DNA of 64,000 nt from Isurus oxyrinchus (Eukaryota). Shown one piece after another: positions 11,297-24,034 of the stretch (its first letter is position 1; each line of letters begins with the position of its first letter). Below the pieces are notes generated by a model. The model did no database searches. It was not told the DNA's origin and saw only the letters and a program-made list of their open reading frames with translations. The DNA is taken from NCBI GenBank assembly GCA_026770705.1, contig JANJGN010000010.1, positions 154,814,001-154,878,000 of the forward strand. The letters are read 5' to 3'. Both the position numbers and the translations under genes were made by a program.

Positions 11297-14142
11297 TAAG
11301 ACCATAAGACAAAGGAGCAGAAATTAGGCCATTCGCCCCATCGAGTCTGCTCCGCCATTCAATCACGGCTGATAAGGTTCTCAACACCATTCTCCCGCCT
11401 TCTCCCCATAACCTTTGATCCCCTTACCAATCAAAAACCTATCTATCTTGGTCTTAAATACACACAATGACCTGGTCTCCACAGCCTTCTGTGGCAATGA
11501 ATTCCATAGATTCACTACTCTCTGGCTAAAGAAGTTTCTCCTCATCTCTGTTCTAAAAGGTCTTCCCTTTACTTTGAGGCTGTGCCCTCGGGTCCTAGTC
11601 TCTCCTACTAATGGAAACATCTTCCCCACGTCCACTCTATCAAGGCCTTTCAGTATTCTGTAAGTTTCAATCAGATCCCCCCTCATCCTTCTAAACTCCA
11701 TCGAGTATAGACCCAGAGTCCTCAAACGTTCCTCATATGTTAAGCCTTCCATTCCTGGGATCATTCTTGTGAACCTCCTCTGGACCCTCTCCAGGGCCAG
11801 CACATTCTTCCTGAGATATGGGGCCCAAAATTGCTCACAATATTCTAAATGTGGTCTGACCAGAGCCTTATAAAGCCTCTGCAGCACATCCCTGCTTTTA
11901 TATTCTAGTCCTCTCGAAATAAATGCCAACATTGCATTTGCCTTCCTAACTACCGACTCAACCTGCAAGTTAACCTTAAGAGAATCCAGGACTAGGACTC
12001 CCAAGTCCCTTTGCACTCCAGATTTCTGAATTCTCTCCCCATTTAGAAAATAGTCTACGCCTCTATTCTTCCTATCAAAGTGCATGACCTCACACTTCCC
12101 CATGTTGTATTCCATCTGCCATTTCTTTGCCCATTCTCCTAACCTGTCCAAATCCTTATGCAGCCTCCCCACCTCAATACTACCTGTCCCTCCACCTATC
12201 TTTGTATCGTCTGCAAACTTAGCCAGGATGCCCTCAGTTTCTTCATCTAGATCATTAATGTATAAAGTGAAAAGTTGTGGTCCCAACACTGACCCCTGCG
12301 GAACTCCACTAGTCACCAGCCGCCATCCTGAGAAGGACCCCCTTATCCCCACTCTCTGCCTCCTGCTAGACAGCCAATCTTCTATCCATGCTAGTACCTT
12401 ACCTCTAACATCATGGGCTCTTATCTTACTGAGCAGCCTCCTGTGCAACACCTTGTCAAAGGGCTTCTGGAAGTCCAAGTAGATAACATCCATTGGCTCT
12501 CCTTTGTCTAACCTACTCGTTACCTCCTCAAAGAATTCTAACAGATTTGTCAGGCATGACTTCCCCTTAATGAAACCATGCTGACTTTGTCCTATTTTAC
12601 CATGCACTTCCAAATATACTGCAATCTCATCCTTAATAATGGACTCTAAAATCTTACCAACGACCGAGGTCAGGCTAATCGGCCTGTAATTTCCCGTCTT
12701 TTACCTCACTCACTTCTTAAACGGGGGTGGTAGTGGTTACATTAGCGATTTTCCAGTTCTCTCGGACCCTCCCTGACTCCAGTGATTCCTGAAAGATCAC
12801 CATTAACGCCTCCACTATCTCCTTCAGAACTCTGGGGTGTAATCCATCTGGTCCAGGTGATTTATCCACATTCAGACCTTCAGTTTTCCTAGCACCTTCT
12901 CCTTGGCAATGGCCATCATACTCACCTCTGCCCCCCGACTCTCTTGAACTTTGGGGATGTCACTCGTGTCTTCCACCATGAAGACTGATGCAAAGTACCT
13001 ATTCAGTTCCTCTGCCATTTCTTTGTTCCCCACTACTACTTCTCCAGCGTCATCTTCCAGCGGCCCAATGTCCACTTTTGCCTCTCTCTTACCCTTTATA
13101 TATCTAAAAAAAAACTCTTGCAATCTTCTTTTATATTACTGGCTAGTTTACCCTCATATTTAATCTTCTCCCTCCTTATTTCTTTTTTAGTTGTCCTCTG
13201 TTGGTCTTTGTAGGTTTCCCAATCCCCTGGTTTCCCACTGCTCTTCGTCGCATTGTATGCTTTATCTTTAGCTTTTATGCTGTCCCTGACTTCCCTTGTC
13301 AGCCATGGTTGCCTCGTCCTCCCTTTAGTATGCTGTTGCTTCTTCCTAGGGATGAATTTTTGCTGGATATTTAGCTCCCAGTCCTGATTCCCTTGCAGCC
13401 ATGTCTCTGTGATGTCCACCACATCATACCTGCCAATTTCAATCTGCACCACAAGCTCATTTACCTTGTTTCGTAAAGTGCATGCATTCAGATACAACAC
13501 CTTCAGTCCTGTATTTCCTATCCCTTTCCAAACACTCTGTCCTATTTTGTGTTCTGGAGACTTTAATAGCCTCTCCTGGGCTCTCCTTTCTTTTCAGTCT
13601 TTTCATAATTTTCCATGAAGTTGAATCCACTCCCCCACACGCTAACCTGCTGCTTTGTTTCCCATTAGTCATACTGCTTGGAGTTATACCCTTCCCTTCC
13701 CCCCCACTTTCTAGTTTAAAACCTGTTGACCAGCCTATTTACCCTTTTCGCTAGAACACTGGTCCCAGATCGGTTCAGGAGACCACTGTCCCAATGGTAC
13801 AGATCCCTCCTGTTCCAATACTGATGCCTGTGTCCCACGAAATGGAACCCTTCTTTCCCACACCACTCCTTTAGCCACGTGTTTACTTCCCTTATTCTTG
13901 TGTCCCCATGCCAATTTGGACGTGGCTTGGGTAGTAATCCGGAAATTAAAACCCTTGAGGACCTGTTCTTTAATTTAGTTCCTAGTTCCTGATAATCCAC
14001 AAACAGGTCCTCTTTCCTAGTCTTACCTATGTTATTTGCCCCGATGTGGACCACAACAACTGGATCCTCCCCCTCCCTCTCCAATATCCTTTCAAGCCGG
14101 TCAGACATGTCCCTCACCCTGGCACCGGGCAGGTAACATACC
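11297..14142 (-). mobile_element. Young CR1 LINE (partial ORF1 esterase; ORF2 with endonuclease deletion; open 410-aa RT portion), inserted in an older CR1 3' fragment
   Basis: 13716-14117 gives VVVHIGANNIG…ISGLLP…DSGLLNRSG (SGNH esterase ORF1). 13096-13500 gives LYLNA…ITETWL fused to a downstream part. 11381-12613 is the RT (QHGF, YLDFQK, GVPQGSVLGP, FADD). There is a tcttatgg repeat tail, and the host CR1 resumes at ~14146. Confidence 0.95.
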
Positions 14143-15244
14143 TTGTAGAGGAGAAAATTGCAAGGCTGCTGGGAATGAGCAGGGTGATGGGACTAATCAG
14201 ATAACAGTTTCAAAAACCAGCAGAAGCATGATGGGCCAAATGGCCTCCTTCTGAGCTGAATGATCAGGCAATACAGGTAACAGAGGGGGAACTTGCATCT
14301 ATCCCAACTGCACTCCTATTGTGTGAGAGCAACATAAGTGGATATCTGGTGTCCTGCAGTCATAAAGAAAAAAAGAGTAGCATCTGTTCCAGATGTGGAT
14401 TAATGCTAATCCTGCTGAAAACCATAGAATAGGTTACAATTAATGCAGTGGAGATAATAGGAGTTCGCTCCCTTTCTGCTCAGCCAAAACTTAGTCTTCA
14501 TAACTTATGCGGCCATGAATGGGTAAGGAACATTTAAAAGTAAGGCCACAAAAGAGGCTTTGTAACTTTTTTTTTTAAAAGATCTATATACCTCTACAGA
14601 GCTGGAGGCAACTCCATTTTTTAAGTGACACTTCTTTGTGGCTGGCTTGTTTGCACAGAGGGAATTCACCAAGGCTATCACTATAAAAAAAACCTGCACA
14701 GTATTAGCTTAGCTATATCCCAAGTACAATATAATCACTAGATCCAGCATTGATGTGGGCCCAGAATCTGACCCTGACCTCAAAGGCCTTACTCTGCGAT
14801 GAACTGGTCAGATTTCAGAATTAAGGTGTTACACATAGTCTGTCATTCGCTCAGTGGATTTCATAGCCAGAAGTGAATTCCACAGAGACCGAGAGAAAAT
14901 ATTTTGATGTCTGGACCTGTATTTTCTTTTCTGAAACTTTAGCCTTTTATATTGCTTAAATCTTCGCGTTTTAGACATAACCTAAAATAGTTTCATGGCT
15001 TTATTAATGTCAGGATGTTTTTTTTTAGAACTATGTTCTGGGGAAAAATTTTTTTTGAATGTAAGTCTTCCCAATGGCATGTTATCCCATATTGATTCAC
15101 ACTGGACGTGGGCCTCTGGTGACTAGTAGAGAGGCAGATGGACTGCGAGCTCCTTCTAATATTGTTATCAGCACAACAATAAGTGACATGCACAACTGGA
15201 GAGAATCAATGGATTTAGTTCATATATAAAGTTTTTTAAACAAT

Positions 15245-16507
15245 GGGCGGAGTTATCCCAGATTTGCACTAAATATGGGAGCGGGCGGGGGAAAGGATGT
15301 TTCAATGGCAGGTTTTCGTGCCGTATTGTCCCAATCCCGCCTCATTAATCAGGCATTCCCGGGAAACATGCCATTTCACTGGTGGGCAGCCTCCAATTCA
15401 CCCGCCATACCATTACCTCGCTGCTTCCTCACGCCAGACGCATATTTAAAGAGCAGCCATGCACATCTGTGTGCTTCCAGCCCAGGACTGTTGCACCGAA
15501 GACATGGCTCCGAAAGGCAAAAAGACTGCAGCCCCTCGATTCAGTGATGCATCCCTGGGACGGCTTCTGGACACCACTGGAGAATGCCGTGATGTCCTCT
15601 ACCCCTGCTCTGGCTGCAGGAGGCCCATCTGTGTCACCACTCCCACTTGGGAGTCGGTGGCAGTGGTGGTCAGTGCCAACGCTGCACAGAAGAGGTTCAC
15701 CATCTTCAGAGAGAGGATGAATGATCTCATCCGTTCCACCAAGATAAGGCAACCATCTCATCACTCTAAACTAGCACACTCACGAGACCATTACATATTC
15801 ACTAACATCTCACTCACTACCAGCTCAAGGGACATCACCACTCAATCTCTCATGCACACCCTCACATCTCCATCTGGGTTCATCTCCTCGGCCTCCTCAG
15901 CCCTCACCCTCTTGAGGCCATTTGCACAAATCAACGTGTCCCCACACACACCCTGCAACACCCACTTCCAGTACTGCCCTAGCCCTGCGGCCTTATCCCA
16001 TGCCTGAGGCCACTTCTCCCCCTTACCCAAGCAGGCCATTGCCCTGCAGCTGTTGAAAGGCCACCCGCTGGCTGCAATGGCTAGTCTTGTAAGTAGAGGC
16101 CTGCCCGTGAGCCCCCCTAAAAGTGATGTGGTGCTGCCTGCGAAGCCTGGTGTTGATGACAAGTGCTGCCCAAAGCAAGGTGGGCAAACAAGCCTCAAAG
16201 TCCCGAGTGAAGTGCAGCTCGCCAGGTGCACGTAGCTTATGTTCAGTTGTGAAACACGTCAGCGTGATTGGTGCCCGGATGATCCAGCGTGGGGCATGAT
16301 TCCGGCGAACAGGGGCTTATAATGTAGGTGTATTACAATGAAGTTCCCCTTGTGCGGTGGCAGGAAACGCAGCCCACCACTGAAGGGCGGAACGGACGAT
16401 TGCAAACTGGTTTCGCGATTGTGAAACCGATTTCTGGCCTTCCCGCCACATTGTCCACTCACGCCCGCCATGACACCCGACGCCAGCAGGAACAGGAAAT
16501 CCCACCC
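15245..16507 (+). mobile_element. Non-autonomous PIF/Harbinger transposon carrying a Myb/SANT-like exon
   Basis: TIRs GGGCGGAGTTATCC / rc GGGTGGGATTTCC; 3-bp TSD AAT (15242-44 and 16508-10); Myb-like coding segment inside. Confidence 0.8.
15504..15743 (+). pseudogene. Harbinger Myb/SANT-like (NAIF1/MSANTD-type) DNA-binding protein, first exon remnant
   Basis: MAPKGKKTAAPRFSDASLGRLLD…RDVLYP…TWESVAVVVSA…KR…RERMNDL. Preceded by catatttaaa at 15441 and followed by ataagg, a probable mutated GT donor. Confidence 0.7.
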
Positions 16508-16544
16508 AATGTTTCCATGAAAATGAAAGCGATTACTTGGTACA

Positions 16545-16793
16545 AAAGCAAAATATTGGAGATGCTGGAAATCTGAAATACAATGCAGAAAATGCTCAGA
16601 TTATCAGGCAGCATCTGTGGAGAAAGAAAGAGAGTTAATATTTCAGGTCTTTGACCTTTCACCAGATCTTTCATTCTGATGATAGGTCACAGACCTGAAA
16701 CGTTAACTGTTTGTCTCACTCTACAGATGCTGCCACATGCACACTATTTCCACTATTTTCTGTAATCACTTAGCATCTGCATCTTATTTTGCT
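16545..16793. repeat. Palindromic (fold-back) mini-element made of two divergent Penelope termini, each with a hammerhead core
   Basis: Left arm aaaagcaaaatattggagatgctgg…ggcagcatctgtggag…ttaatatttcaggtctttgacctttcaccaga is the inverse of the right arm tctgatgataggtcacagacctgaaacgttaac…ctctacagatgctgcc…agcatctgcatcttattttgct. Confidence 0.8.
16673..16708 (+). ncRNA. Minimal hammerhead motif with canonical core
   Basis: CTGATGA-T-AGGTC-ACA-GACCT-GAAA-CGTT-AAC. Antisense partner at 16633-16666 reads CTGGTGA-A-AGGTC-AAA-GACCT-GAAA-TATT-AAC. Confidence 0.7.
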
Positions 16794-17427
16794 GCAGTCA
16801 CTTTTAAACATTCTGAGTCCTATTTTCAACTACTGTGCCTTGTTTAAGCTAGAAAATAGGAAAGTTGGTAAAAGAAAAATGCACGACTATTAGCTGTGCA
16901 AGTACTGCCTAATGTGATTTTAAGATAGGCCTCGAAATGGCAGAACCTACTTAAATATTTAATTCACGTTTCTCGGCCTATTATAGACCCAAAATGAAAT
17001 TTTCACATACTGATGGTGGAGACTTTTGTGGGGCCAGGAGAAGCATGAAACTGCTCCAAGCCCACTGTCAGATACTCACTACCTGCCTGCACCCCATCCA
17101 CCCCAAGTTGGCTCCACGAAGAAGCCACTGGGTATCTCCTCCCCCAGCCATCTTCGCATTAACTGCTACCTCCACAGACGCATAATTGTACACAGTTCTT
17201 TCCTTTTAATTCAAATTATCTGGTAATTAAAATTACTTTTGTGCAATAAAACACAAATGCCTGTTTTCTTTAAATTCTTTAAGCTACTAAATTTACCAAT
17301 TTCTTTAAAAAGAATGTAAAAACAACTGCACATTGATGGGATATCAGACTGGATTAACCCTCTCCAGGAACTTCAAGAATAAAGCTTGTTCATTAGTCAT
17401 CTAATTGATTTGCCATTTTTGCACAAA

Positions 17428-18996
17428 TAGAAACATAGAAACTAGGAGCAGGGGTAGGCCATTCGGCCCTTTGAGCTGCTCCACCATTCATTATGTTCAT
17501 GACTGATCATCCAACTCAATAGCCTGCTCTCACTTTCTCCCCATATCCTTTGATCCCTTTCGCCCCAAGAGCTATATCTAATTCCTTCTTGAAAACAATG
17601 TTTTGGCCTCAACTACTTTCTGTGGTAATGAATTCCACAGGCTCACCACTCTCTGGGTAAAGAAATTTCTGCTCATCTCAGTCTTAAATGGTCGACCCCA
17701 TATCCTCAGACTGTGACCCCTGGCTCTGGACTCCCCCACCATCGGGAACATCCTTCCTGCATCTACCCTGTCTAGTCCTGTTAGAATTTTGTAGGTTTCT
17801 ATGAGATCCCCCCTCATTCTTCTGAACTCCAGCGAATATAATCCAACAGACTCAATCTCTCCTCATATGTCAGTCCCGCCATCCCAGGAATCAGTCTGGT
17901 AAACCTTCGCTGCACTCCCTCTATAGCAAGTACATCCTTCCTCAGATAAGGAGGCCAAAACTGCACACAATATTCCAGGTGTGGTCTCACCAAGGCCCTG
18001 TACAATTGCAGCAAGACATCCCTGTTTCTGTACTCGAATCCTCTGGCTATGAAGGCCACCATACCATTTGCCTTCTTTACCACCTGCTGCACCTGCATGC
18101 TTACCTTCAGCGATTGGTGTACGAGGACACCCAGGACTCATTGCACATTCCCCTCTCTCTCAATTTATAGCCAGATAATAATCTGCCTTCCTGTTTTAGC
18201 TACCAAAGTGGAGAACCTCACATTTATCCACATTATACTCATCTGCCATGCATTTGCCCACTCACTCAGCTTGTCCAAATCACACTGAAGCATCTCTGCA
18301 TCCTCCTCACAGTTCACCCTTCCACCCAGCTTTGTGTCATCTGCAAATTTGGAGATATTACATTTAATTTCCACATCTAAATCCATATATATTGTGAATA
18401 ACTGGGGTCCCAGCATCGATCCCTGTGGTACCCCACTAGTCACTGCCTGCCATTCAGAAAAAAACCCGTTGATTCTTACTCTTTGTTTCTTGTCTGCCAA
18501 CCAGTTTTCTATCCATCTCAATACACTACCCCCAATCTCATGCGCTTTAATTTTACACGCCAATCTCTTACATGGGACTTTGTCGAAAGCCTTCTGAAAG
18601 TCCAAATAAATCACATCCACTGGCTCTCCCTCATCAACTCTACTAGTTACATCCTCAAAAAACTCCAATAGATTACTCTGGGAGTAATGCACATCCAAAT
18701 CCGCTCTGCATGATTTCCCTTTCCTAAATCCATGCTGACTTTGTCCGATTCTGCCACTGTTTTCCATGTGCTCAGCTATTAAATCTTTTATAACGGACTC
18801 TAAAATTTTCCCCACTACCGATGTCAGGCTGACTGGTCTATAATTCCCTATTTTCTCTCTACTTCCCTTTTTAAATAGTGGAGTTACATTAGCTACCCTC
18901 CAATCTGTAGGAACTGTTCCAGAGTCTATAGAATCTCAGAAGATGACCACCAATGCATCCACTATTTCTAGCGCCACTTCCTTAAGTACTCTGGGA
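17428..18996 (-). mobile_element. CR1 LINE, 5'-truncated RT pseudogene
   Basis: ORFs 18165-18815, 17814-18098 and 17578-17817 carry CR1 RT motifs; (ttctatgt)n tail at ~17428. Confidence 0.93.
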
Positions 18997-20104
18997 GTAA
19001 TGCAAATCCAAATTCGTTCTATACTGATGCGAAGTAGCACTGTATGTGCCACTCCTTACAGCTCAGTTCAACACAAAACAGAGGATTAGAAAGTCTAGGG
19101 AAGTGCCATACACTCAGGTATTTGGGAAGTAAGCAGGAAGTGAGATTTGACTTGGTAGCTTATGTGGAGAAAATCAATGGCACAGACTTGATGGATGAGT
19201 GCCCATTTCTTTTCTCAAAAACTCTACAAGCACCAACTGTATTTTGGGGGGAGTGTGCAGTGTAACAACTTTATTATGGGAACATCAACTTGATGTCCTC
19301 CCATAATAAATGAATGAATGCAAATTCTTCCCTCAACCCCTACCGCCATCCCCCACACCCAACCCAGAGTATGAAGTGCTTTCCCAAGCAAGATAAGCCT
19401 CATTGTTATAAAATGTAAACTCTGTAGACTAATTACTGATAAGTACTCTTTATAAATAATAGAACAGACAGAGAATATATGAATGAAAGTTAATGAGCCA
19501 AATATTGGTTAGATATTCAAGGAATTGCAGGGGTCATGAGAAAGCACAAACTTCAGATTTTTTAAATTAGATTAAACCTGCCACAGCCAATTAAAAGAAA
19601 GCAAATTCATGCTAAAACTAACAGTAGGGTGCACAAAACAAAATGAAAAAATGAGGCATTTAAGTAAGCTGCTTGGCCAAGTTAATAATAAATAGTGAAA
19701 ATCAGACTAATTTAACTATGTAATAAATAATCACTGCCTTTGAGTTGCAGGGAAGGTTTTTTTTTAAAAACTAGTTTCATCCAAATATGTGAACCGAATT
19801 AAATTCATATGGTTTTCCTCTTGACATGAAGACTTTTTCCTCTGAGTGTCATAGTATGAACATAAAGCTATTGCTGAAAATGTGAAGACCAACTCTGCCT
19901 CACAAACAAGGCAAATCTGTAAAAAGCCTCTGACTGAACTGCGAACATTTCATGTCTCTAGTTAATGTAATGCAACATTAGCACATTCATAGACCCTCCA
20001 TGTGCTATTGGTTCTGAATGGCCTCTAAATCATTTCGAAACAAATAGGATTCCAAGTCGTTTTCATAAAACTATACAGATTTTCCACCTGATGTTGATGT
20101 TACC

Positions 20105-20330
20105 AATGGAATTATACAATGATACAGCAGAGAAAGGGGCTATTCATCCCACTGTGCCTGTGCTGGTCCTTTGAAAGTGCTCCAATTATTCCTTGCTCAT
20201 TCATCGTAGCCTTGCAAATTTTTCCAATTGCCTTTCGAAAGTTATTATTAAATGTGCTTTCTTTTCAGGCAGTGCATTCCTGATCATCATATTTCACTGC
20301 CTTAATAAATGTCTTCTCATCTCGCCTCTG
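20105..20330 (-). mobile_element. Old CR1-type 3' end fragment
   Basis: Similar to the reverse complement of CR1 3' UTRs elsewhere (gcagtgcattcc…, ctattcatcccactgtgcctgtgctggtcc). Confidence 0.55.
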
Positions 20331-22049
20331 GATGCTGAATATTCTGTAACTACACAGGTTGTCCTCATCAGGGAACAATTATTGGCAGGTCAAGTTTCTT
20401 TACTTCATCGTTCTAGTTCACTTGGTTGGACTTGAAGAAGATTCAGTTCTTAACGTGTTAATCTCCGCACAATGGAATATATATTCCCCCACTTTGTGGA
20501 TTTTTTATTGTTGCAATTTTGCACTTCAAATTAAATGACAGTGGAACTTGGTCACAGGCACAATTGGTTCTACAATGAAAATTAATAGACTATCTGAATG
20601 CAGGAATTCAGTCCATTAATCATTTCATAGCAGCTGTAACAGGGGGTCCAATAAGCTTTTAGAATCAGGACTCCATATAGCAGCACACAGCCTTCAACCA
20701 GCAACAATATTCACAGAAGGAAAGCAGAGCTTAAAACCAAACAGAAAAATTAACTGAATATGGAAGGTCGGGGGTGGTAAGGAGTTGGGTGGAGAAATGG
20801 GGAAATAGTGAATGGATGGTGGAGGAATCAACACAAATAATGAACCAAAACTCCAAAGTGATCAACAAGAATGATTAAAATCTACAGGTTACTGATACAG
20901 GAAAGTGGATGTGAACAATCCTCCTTATATTCCCTTTCCTACGAAATGTAATCAAATATAAATGTAATCAAGGAAGGAAATAAGTAACACCTACTTTTTT
21001 TCTATTAAAGCTACAGAGTAAACAACAATAAATGTTTCTACACAGGCAGATACTTTATAGGTAGTCTGTGAAGACAGAGTTCAAAGTGGTTTGTTAAAAA
21101 AAAAAGTTTAAAGCTGGAGTAATGCCTTGTTAGGATATCTGAAGATCCTCATATGAACGTTTACATCAGTTAAGACAATGACACATTAAATAATCACTTT
21201 CTCCAGTTGACTGATATTTAGTTCAGATCTTAACTGGCAAGTCCAGATCTTCAGAAAAAGCATACAAATATAAACTCCTAAGAGATCCTAAACTCCTACA
21301 GATTGCACTTGACTTATTTAAAATTTGACATTTTGTTGCAGCAGAACTCACAAGTATGACTTCAATGGTGATATTTCTATCCAAATCTCTTGTTGCCTGC
21401 CAAGCAAACCCATGAGGCAGACAGCATGTTGTAATTTTGGTTTTACTGTGCATAACATTTCTATGGGACAAAATGGATTGAGTTTCACTCATTTTCCTCT
21501 ATCCTTTTACAATGGCTTGTTGGAGCTCTGGCCTGTGTCTAGAGACAATTGAGTAATTATTGAGACATGAAACATGGCCTCAATGCTATAAGGCCATCAA
21601 ACTGTTCAGGTTTTCCTAAAGACAATTCACAGAGGCAATCTGGTTTCAGCATGGTGGCTGAACAGGAATTAATTGAAACCTCAATAACATTACTGAACTG
21701 GCCACCTCTCTGTACCACTGTAATCCTTCACAAAAAATGTGATGATGAAGATTATGAATTGCATCCTGCCATCATGTCTCTAAGCACAAAACTGATCCGG
21801 TTATTCTGGTAACATAGTAAAAGTTTCCAATTTTAAAAACTTGCCACCTTCCAAGCAGATGATATACCCCAATGGGGAGTCTAAAACAAACAAAACCAGT
21901 TATCAACATGGACCTTGAAAATGACCAAAACTGTTCTCATTCTCTCCAAATTTATTTTTGCTTAAACTTGCATGCTTTAAAAAGAATAGGCCTGTAGGTG
22001 AGATAGCATGTTTGCTTTTTAGTGATGACTTGTAGCATCGTGAAAAGAA

Positions 22050-22430
22050 ATACTTGCATTTCTATGATGATTTGTTATAACTCTCAGGAAATTCTAAAAG
22101 AGTTTCCCATTTCATGATTTACTTTAGCATCGAATCACTGCTGTCATACAAGCAAACGGGGCAGCCATTTTGGATGCGGTAAGATCCCACAAACAGCGAT
22201 TAGGCAACTAACCTGATTTACAGGTTACATAGTGGTGCTGATGTGTAGGAAGAATGCTGGCTAGACAAATCCAAACTCCTTTGAATACTGGATTGATTTG
22301 ATTCACTGAAACCACCCAAACAGATCTCTGTTTAGTGTCTCAAAAATAAATAGAATCTTTGACAATACATCACTCACTTAATACTGTGTGGAAGAGTCAA
22401 CCTAAACCAAGTTCAAACTCCTGGTATGGA
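22050..22430 (-). mobile_element. Deu-domain SINE, degraded
   Basis: acttgcatttctat…ggcagccattttg…aagatcccacaaacagc is the reverse complement of the Deu core. Similar copies at ~33310-33650 (-) and ~57565-57660 (-). Confidence 0.6.
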
Positions 22431-22586
22431 GCTTATCCTGTCACTGAAAACAACAAAATGTGTTGTTAAGGTCTTGTCTACAAACTAGATGGGGAAAAAA
22501 AAGTTTTAATAATGGTGCCTACAATTTGAAAGGTCTGACCAGTACAAGCTGCTCAAAAAGTCAATATATACTGATATGGCACAATA

Positions 22587-22635
22587 ACCCACTGCCATCT
22601 GTTAGTGACCCACTGCCATCTGTTAGTGACCCACT
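22587..22635 (+). repeat. Tandem repeat, 21-bp unit x2.3
   Basis: ACCCACTGCCATCTGTTAGTG repeated exactly. Confidence 0.9.
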
Positions 22636-23169
22636 TACACTCATTTCAAGCTAAAGGAAACTTGCAGTTGCAAAAGATTAAGGTAGGGGAATTAAGGGGA
22701 AAAACAAAAAGAAAATCAAAAGCTACAATTTCAGCTTATGTCAGCTGTGAGACTGAAGTACAATAACTGCCACATGCCTGAGCAGAACCACAAAGTTTCT
22801 GGGACAAGTCTGAACCACCTGCCTGTGGAACAAGCATGCCAAGCCACATTCCAATATGTGAAACTGCTTTGAAAAGAACATAATGCAGGTTATTATTTGA
22901 GAAACTTATCTTCAAAAACTTGGCAGACCAGCAACTAAATTTGTTGAAGAACCATGCCATACTTAAATGGTCTGACACCTTATCAGTTCCATCTGGTGCA
23001 CGCTATTTTTAAACAGTTCTGAACTGAAGACTATGCTAAAACTTTTACATAAATTGTTCACATTATGGTACTGGCTGGTGAACACAAAATGGAAAGAAGT
23101 GACTAATGAGGAGCAGTGTTTACATTAAAATGTTATCTTTTAAATGAAAATAGAAACTTATGACTTCCT

Positions 23170-23310
23170 GTGGACTCAGAGGCTAAGTTTCTGTCCCATG
23201 GGAGGTCCCAGGTTTGATTCCCAGTCTATGCTGAGTTAGCTTATCTCAGCTGGGACAGCATTAGGGGTGTTAAAATTGGCCTCAATTGCTCCAAGTCGAG
23301 TTCCTGCTCC
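23170..23310 (+). mobile_element. AmnSINE2-like SINE 5' fragment
   Basis: B-box-like ggtttgattccc followed by agtctatgctgagttagcttatctcagctggg…aattggcctc. Confidence 0.5.
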
Positions 23311-23459
23311 TGAGGAACATAGAAGGTCATAGGTAGGAAGGCCATTCGACCAGCATAGTTAATCCATCCAACGAGTTCATAATCCCTCTGAACCCCAACC
23401 TCCAGCCATTTGAGCATAATTCTGTTGGAGCCAATAACTAAAGTTGGAGACAAGCTTTT

Positions 23460-23824
23460 GGAGTTACACTGTCAAGTGTGAACTGTGGTAGCTTGCTGGC
23501 TTGTTATTTTTTAAATTTAAAATCTATTTTGGATTGTTGCCTTAAGGGGTGTGCTTAGTTGGGAGTCAAGTTAATTGGGACTTTAGGATTTGTCATAGTA
23601 TTAAGTAATTGTAGTCTTATGTATGTGCGTGAAATGTTTTTTGTTAATAAATATTTGAATTTACTTTTTAAAATCTCTAAAGGCCCTAGTGGACTCATTG
23701 CTTCTGAATCAGTGCACACATCTACCTGTAATAAATACAAATTGCAAAACTGTTGTGATTGCATGGTCAAGTATCCCTTGTGGATTTAATTGGCTTGGCA
23801 CAAATCATCTTCCACGTCATAACA
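23460..23824 (+). mobile_element. Possible LTR 3' portion (solo-LTR remnant)
   Basis: AATAAA motifs and an LTR-like end …cgtcataaca. The 5' TG end was not identified. Confidence 0.3.
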
Positions 23825-24034
23825 ATTTTAAAAAATGATTCCAGGATTTATGCTTCCAAAACTCTATCTGGAAGTTTATTCTACATATTGAAAAACAGCT
23901 GCACCTGGATTAGGCATGGCAATGATTTTCTCTGTAGTTGGACAGTCAGTCCACTATAAAGGAGGCACACATGAAACTGTCCCCATTGTCAGGAGCTGAC
24001 AGTAATAATCAGCTGAAATAGAAGGTCGCTAGTC

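Noticed and set aside
21567-21812. SMVAEQ peptide resembling the next VPS53 exon (SMVGAEQ)
   Set aside because: Wrong strand, no surrounding similarity and no splice sites.
22587-22635. Short direct repeats as a CRISPR-like array
   Set aside because: Simple tandem duplication without spacers, in eukaryotic DNA.
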